From: an uncultured Chloroflexia bacterium
GTDB lineage: Bacteria; Chloroflexota; Limnocylindria; Limnocylindrales; CSP1-4
DNA: 64,000 nt
Direction: 5' to 3'
NCBI GenBank assembly: GCA_963735865.1
Contig: CAVTML010000002.1
Span: 1,714,917 to 1,778,916 of the forward strand
The notes under the pieces were generated by a model, which worked only from the letters and a program-made list of their open reading frames with translations, ran no database searches and was not told the origin of the DNA. Made by a program: the position numbers and the translations under genes. Positions 62,580 through 64,000 of the stretch are shown here, one piece after another (the stretch's first letter is position 1; the number at the start of each line of letters is the position of its first letter).

Positions 62580-63284
62580 TCAGTCTCCGAGGGCGTCCGC
62601 GGTCTCGACCGGCATTGTGAGCATTGGCCAGTGCCCGGTCGGGAGAATCTGGATCGTCCAGCCCGGAGCGTCGGCTGGGATGCGGACGGGTCCGTCCGCC
62701 TTGCAGTGGAGGTAGGTGCGCGGCACTGAATCGCTCGGGAACGCTCCTGCGAGCAAGGGTTCGCGGAAGGTCTCGATCGGGTGCGGAACGGCGTTGTCGC
62801 GGAAGCGGTCGAGCAGTTCCCCCGTGAGCCCGTGCTCGCCATAGAACATGTCGAGCTCGGCCTGCCCCGGGACGGGCAGTCGGTCCGGGTTCCCGGCGGC
62901 GGCGGCTGCGGCCGTCATCCCGTCGGCCGCGCCCGGTCCCATCAGGTCGAACATCGACATACCTGCAGGCAGAACCGCGCCGGCCAGGTACACGAGGCGC
63001 CGGACGCGTGGAGCGGCCTGCGTGACAACACCGGTGACGACGGCGCCGCCATACGAGTGCCCGACAAGCACCACGTCTCGGAGATCGCGCGCCTCGAGCA
63101 GGTCGACGACGTGCGAGACGTGCGCCCCGAGGCCAATCGCGGCGGCCGGAGCAGTCGCCTCGTCGCCCAGCCCGGGCAGCGTGACCGCGATGACCTCGTG
63201 GCCCGCCGCCACCAGTTGCCTCCGGGTTTGGTTCCATACCGCTCCGCCAAGCCAGGCGCCTGGCACGAGGACGAATGTGGCCAC
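62580..63284 (-). CDS. alpha/beta hydrolase (esterase-like)
   Basis: ORF 62580..63284 (-). Motifs: FVLVPGAWLGGAVW, VVLVGHSYGGAV (nucleophile elbow), ILPTGHWPML. Confidence 0.8.
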   Translation of the reverse strand: MATFVLVPGAWLGGAVWNQTRRQLVAAGHEVIAVTLPGLGDEATAPAAAIGLGAHVSHVVDLLEARDLRDVVLVGHSYGGAVVTGVVTQAAPRVRRLVYLAGAVLPAGMSMFDLMGPGAADGMTAAAAAAGNPDRLPVPGQAELDMFYGEHGLTGELLDRFRDNAVPHPIETFREPLLAGAFPSDSVPRTYLHCKADGPVRIPADAPGWTIQILPTGHWPMLTMPVETADALGD

Positions 63285-63408
63285 GTCCTACCCTCCGTTG
63301 GTCGATCCGTCCGATGTCGACAACACGCGCATCGATCCGTCCGAGTGTCCATCACGGTATCGGCTAATGAGGGCCGCTAATGTCCTCATTTGCTGTTACT
63401 CTGGCGAC

Positions 63409-64000
63409 ATGCCAGCGTCGTCCCGCGTGCTCTCGCTGCTGCACCTGCTTCAGGGCCGCGAATGGGCCACAGGCCCGGAGCTTGCCGAACAGCTCGAGAT
63501 CGACCTGCGCATGCTCCGTCGAGATGTCGTGCGACTCCAGGACCTCGGGATCCCGGTCGAATCGAGGCTCGGCCGGCACGGCGGCTATCGGCTGCGCCCG
63601 GGCTATCGGCTCCCACCGCTGATGCTGACCGACGACGAGGCGACAGCGGTTGCCCTGGCCCTCCGGGCGGCCCAGCGCTCCGGGTTAGGCCTTTCCGCAC
63701 CGGCCATTGAGGCGGCGCTGGCGAAGATCCGGCGCGTGCTTCCATCACGACTCAGCGAGGACATCCAGCACCTGGAGGCGTCCCTCGCCTTCGCGGACTC
63801 GGGTCCGGAGCGTGAGGCCGTGGCGACAGTGACGCTACTCTCGCTCGCTCGCGCCATGACTGTCCAACGGCGCATCCGCATCGGCTACTCGGCGCGCGAT
63901 CGAGTGGCGACGAGCCGGGACATCGATCCCTACGGCTTGGTTGTGATCCGGGGCCGCTGGTACCTGGCCGCCTTCGATCACGTCAAGCAGGATCTTCGTA
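63409..64000 (+). CDS. YafY-like HTH + WYL-domain transcriptional regulator (partial, runs off right edge)
   Basis: Not in the ORF track because no stop lies in the window. Manual translation from ATG 63409 gives MPASSRVLSLLHLLQGREWATGPELAEQLEIDLRMLRRDVVRLQDLGIPVESRLGRHGGYRL...IDPYGLVVIRGRWYLAAFDH. Confidence 0.8.
   Translation, partial: MPASSRVLSLLHLLQGREWATGPELAEQLEIDLRMLRRDVVRLQDLGIPVESRLGRHGGYRLRPGYRLPPLMLTDDEATAVALALRAAQRSGLGLSAPAIEAALAKIRRVLPSRLSEDIQHLEASLAFADSGPEREAVATVTLLSLARAMTVQRRIRIGYSARDRVATSRDIDPYGLVVIRGRWYLAAFDHVKQDLR

Overview
This is a 64-kb, very GC-rich segment (roughly 70% by eye; not computed). Gene content looks like Actinomycetota: DUF385/F420-type oxidoreductases, a SigJ/ECF41-like sigma factor, class III cyclase-STAND proteins and PT-linker surface proteins. 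I can support about 70 protein-coding genes or gene remnants. I found no rRNA, no intact tRNA, no CRISPR array and no intact integrase or transposase.

Layout:
- 1-9.3 kb: a translationally coupled, co-directional array (LiaF-like membrane proteins, TPP enzyme, class III aminotransferase, dienelactone hydrolase, GIDE-LemA pair, DmpA peptidase).
- 9.4-23 kb: c-di-GMP signalling genes, an amidohydrolase, an ECF sigma factor, a MerR-ArsC fusion plus aquaporin arsenic module, and a DUF2652 gene interrupted by an in-frame TAG.
- 23-28 kb: an S1C protease followed by a Bat-like MoxR-DUF58-VWA-VWA operon.
- 28.9-31 kb: a secreted S33 alpha/beta-hydrolase gene broken by four frameshifts.
- 32.5-37.5 kb: a GAF-PAS-GAF-EAL sensor, an esterase lipoprotein and two juxtaposed gene remnants.
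- 37.6-42.7 kb: a 5-kb Rhs/YD-repeat gene.
- 42.7-52.4 kb: an accessory stretch of small detox/stress genes, three VapC-type toxin-antitoxin pairs, Pol IV and more gene remnants.
- 52.7-57.4 kb: a TetR-ABC exporter module and a TMEM175 channel fusion.
- 57.4-64 kb: two divergent class III cyclase genes (one fused to NB-ARC/TPR) bracketed by three direct copies of a tRNA 3-prime-end-like sequence, then a small LuxR HTH gene, an alpha/beta hydrolase and a WYL regulator at the right edge.

The most unusual object is the Rhs gene. After the canonical DPxGL end of the Rhs core, where a small toxin normally sits, it encodes 666 aa: a Cys-rich segment, a von Willebrand factor type D (VWD)-like domain and three tandem PPC-like repeats. 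There is no downstream immunity gene. This looks like a teneurin-like display architecture rather than a toxin. All functional calls come from reading the translations and motifs; no database search was run.
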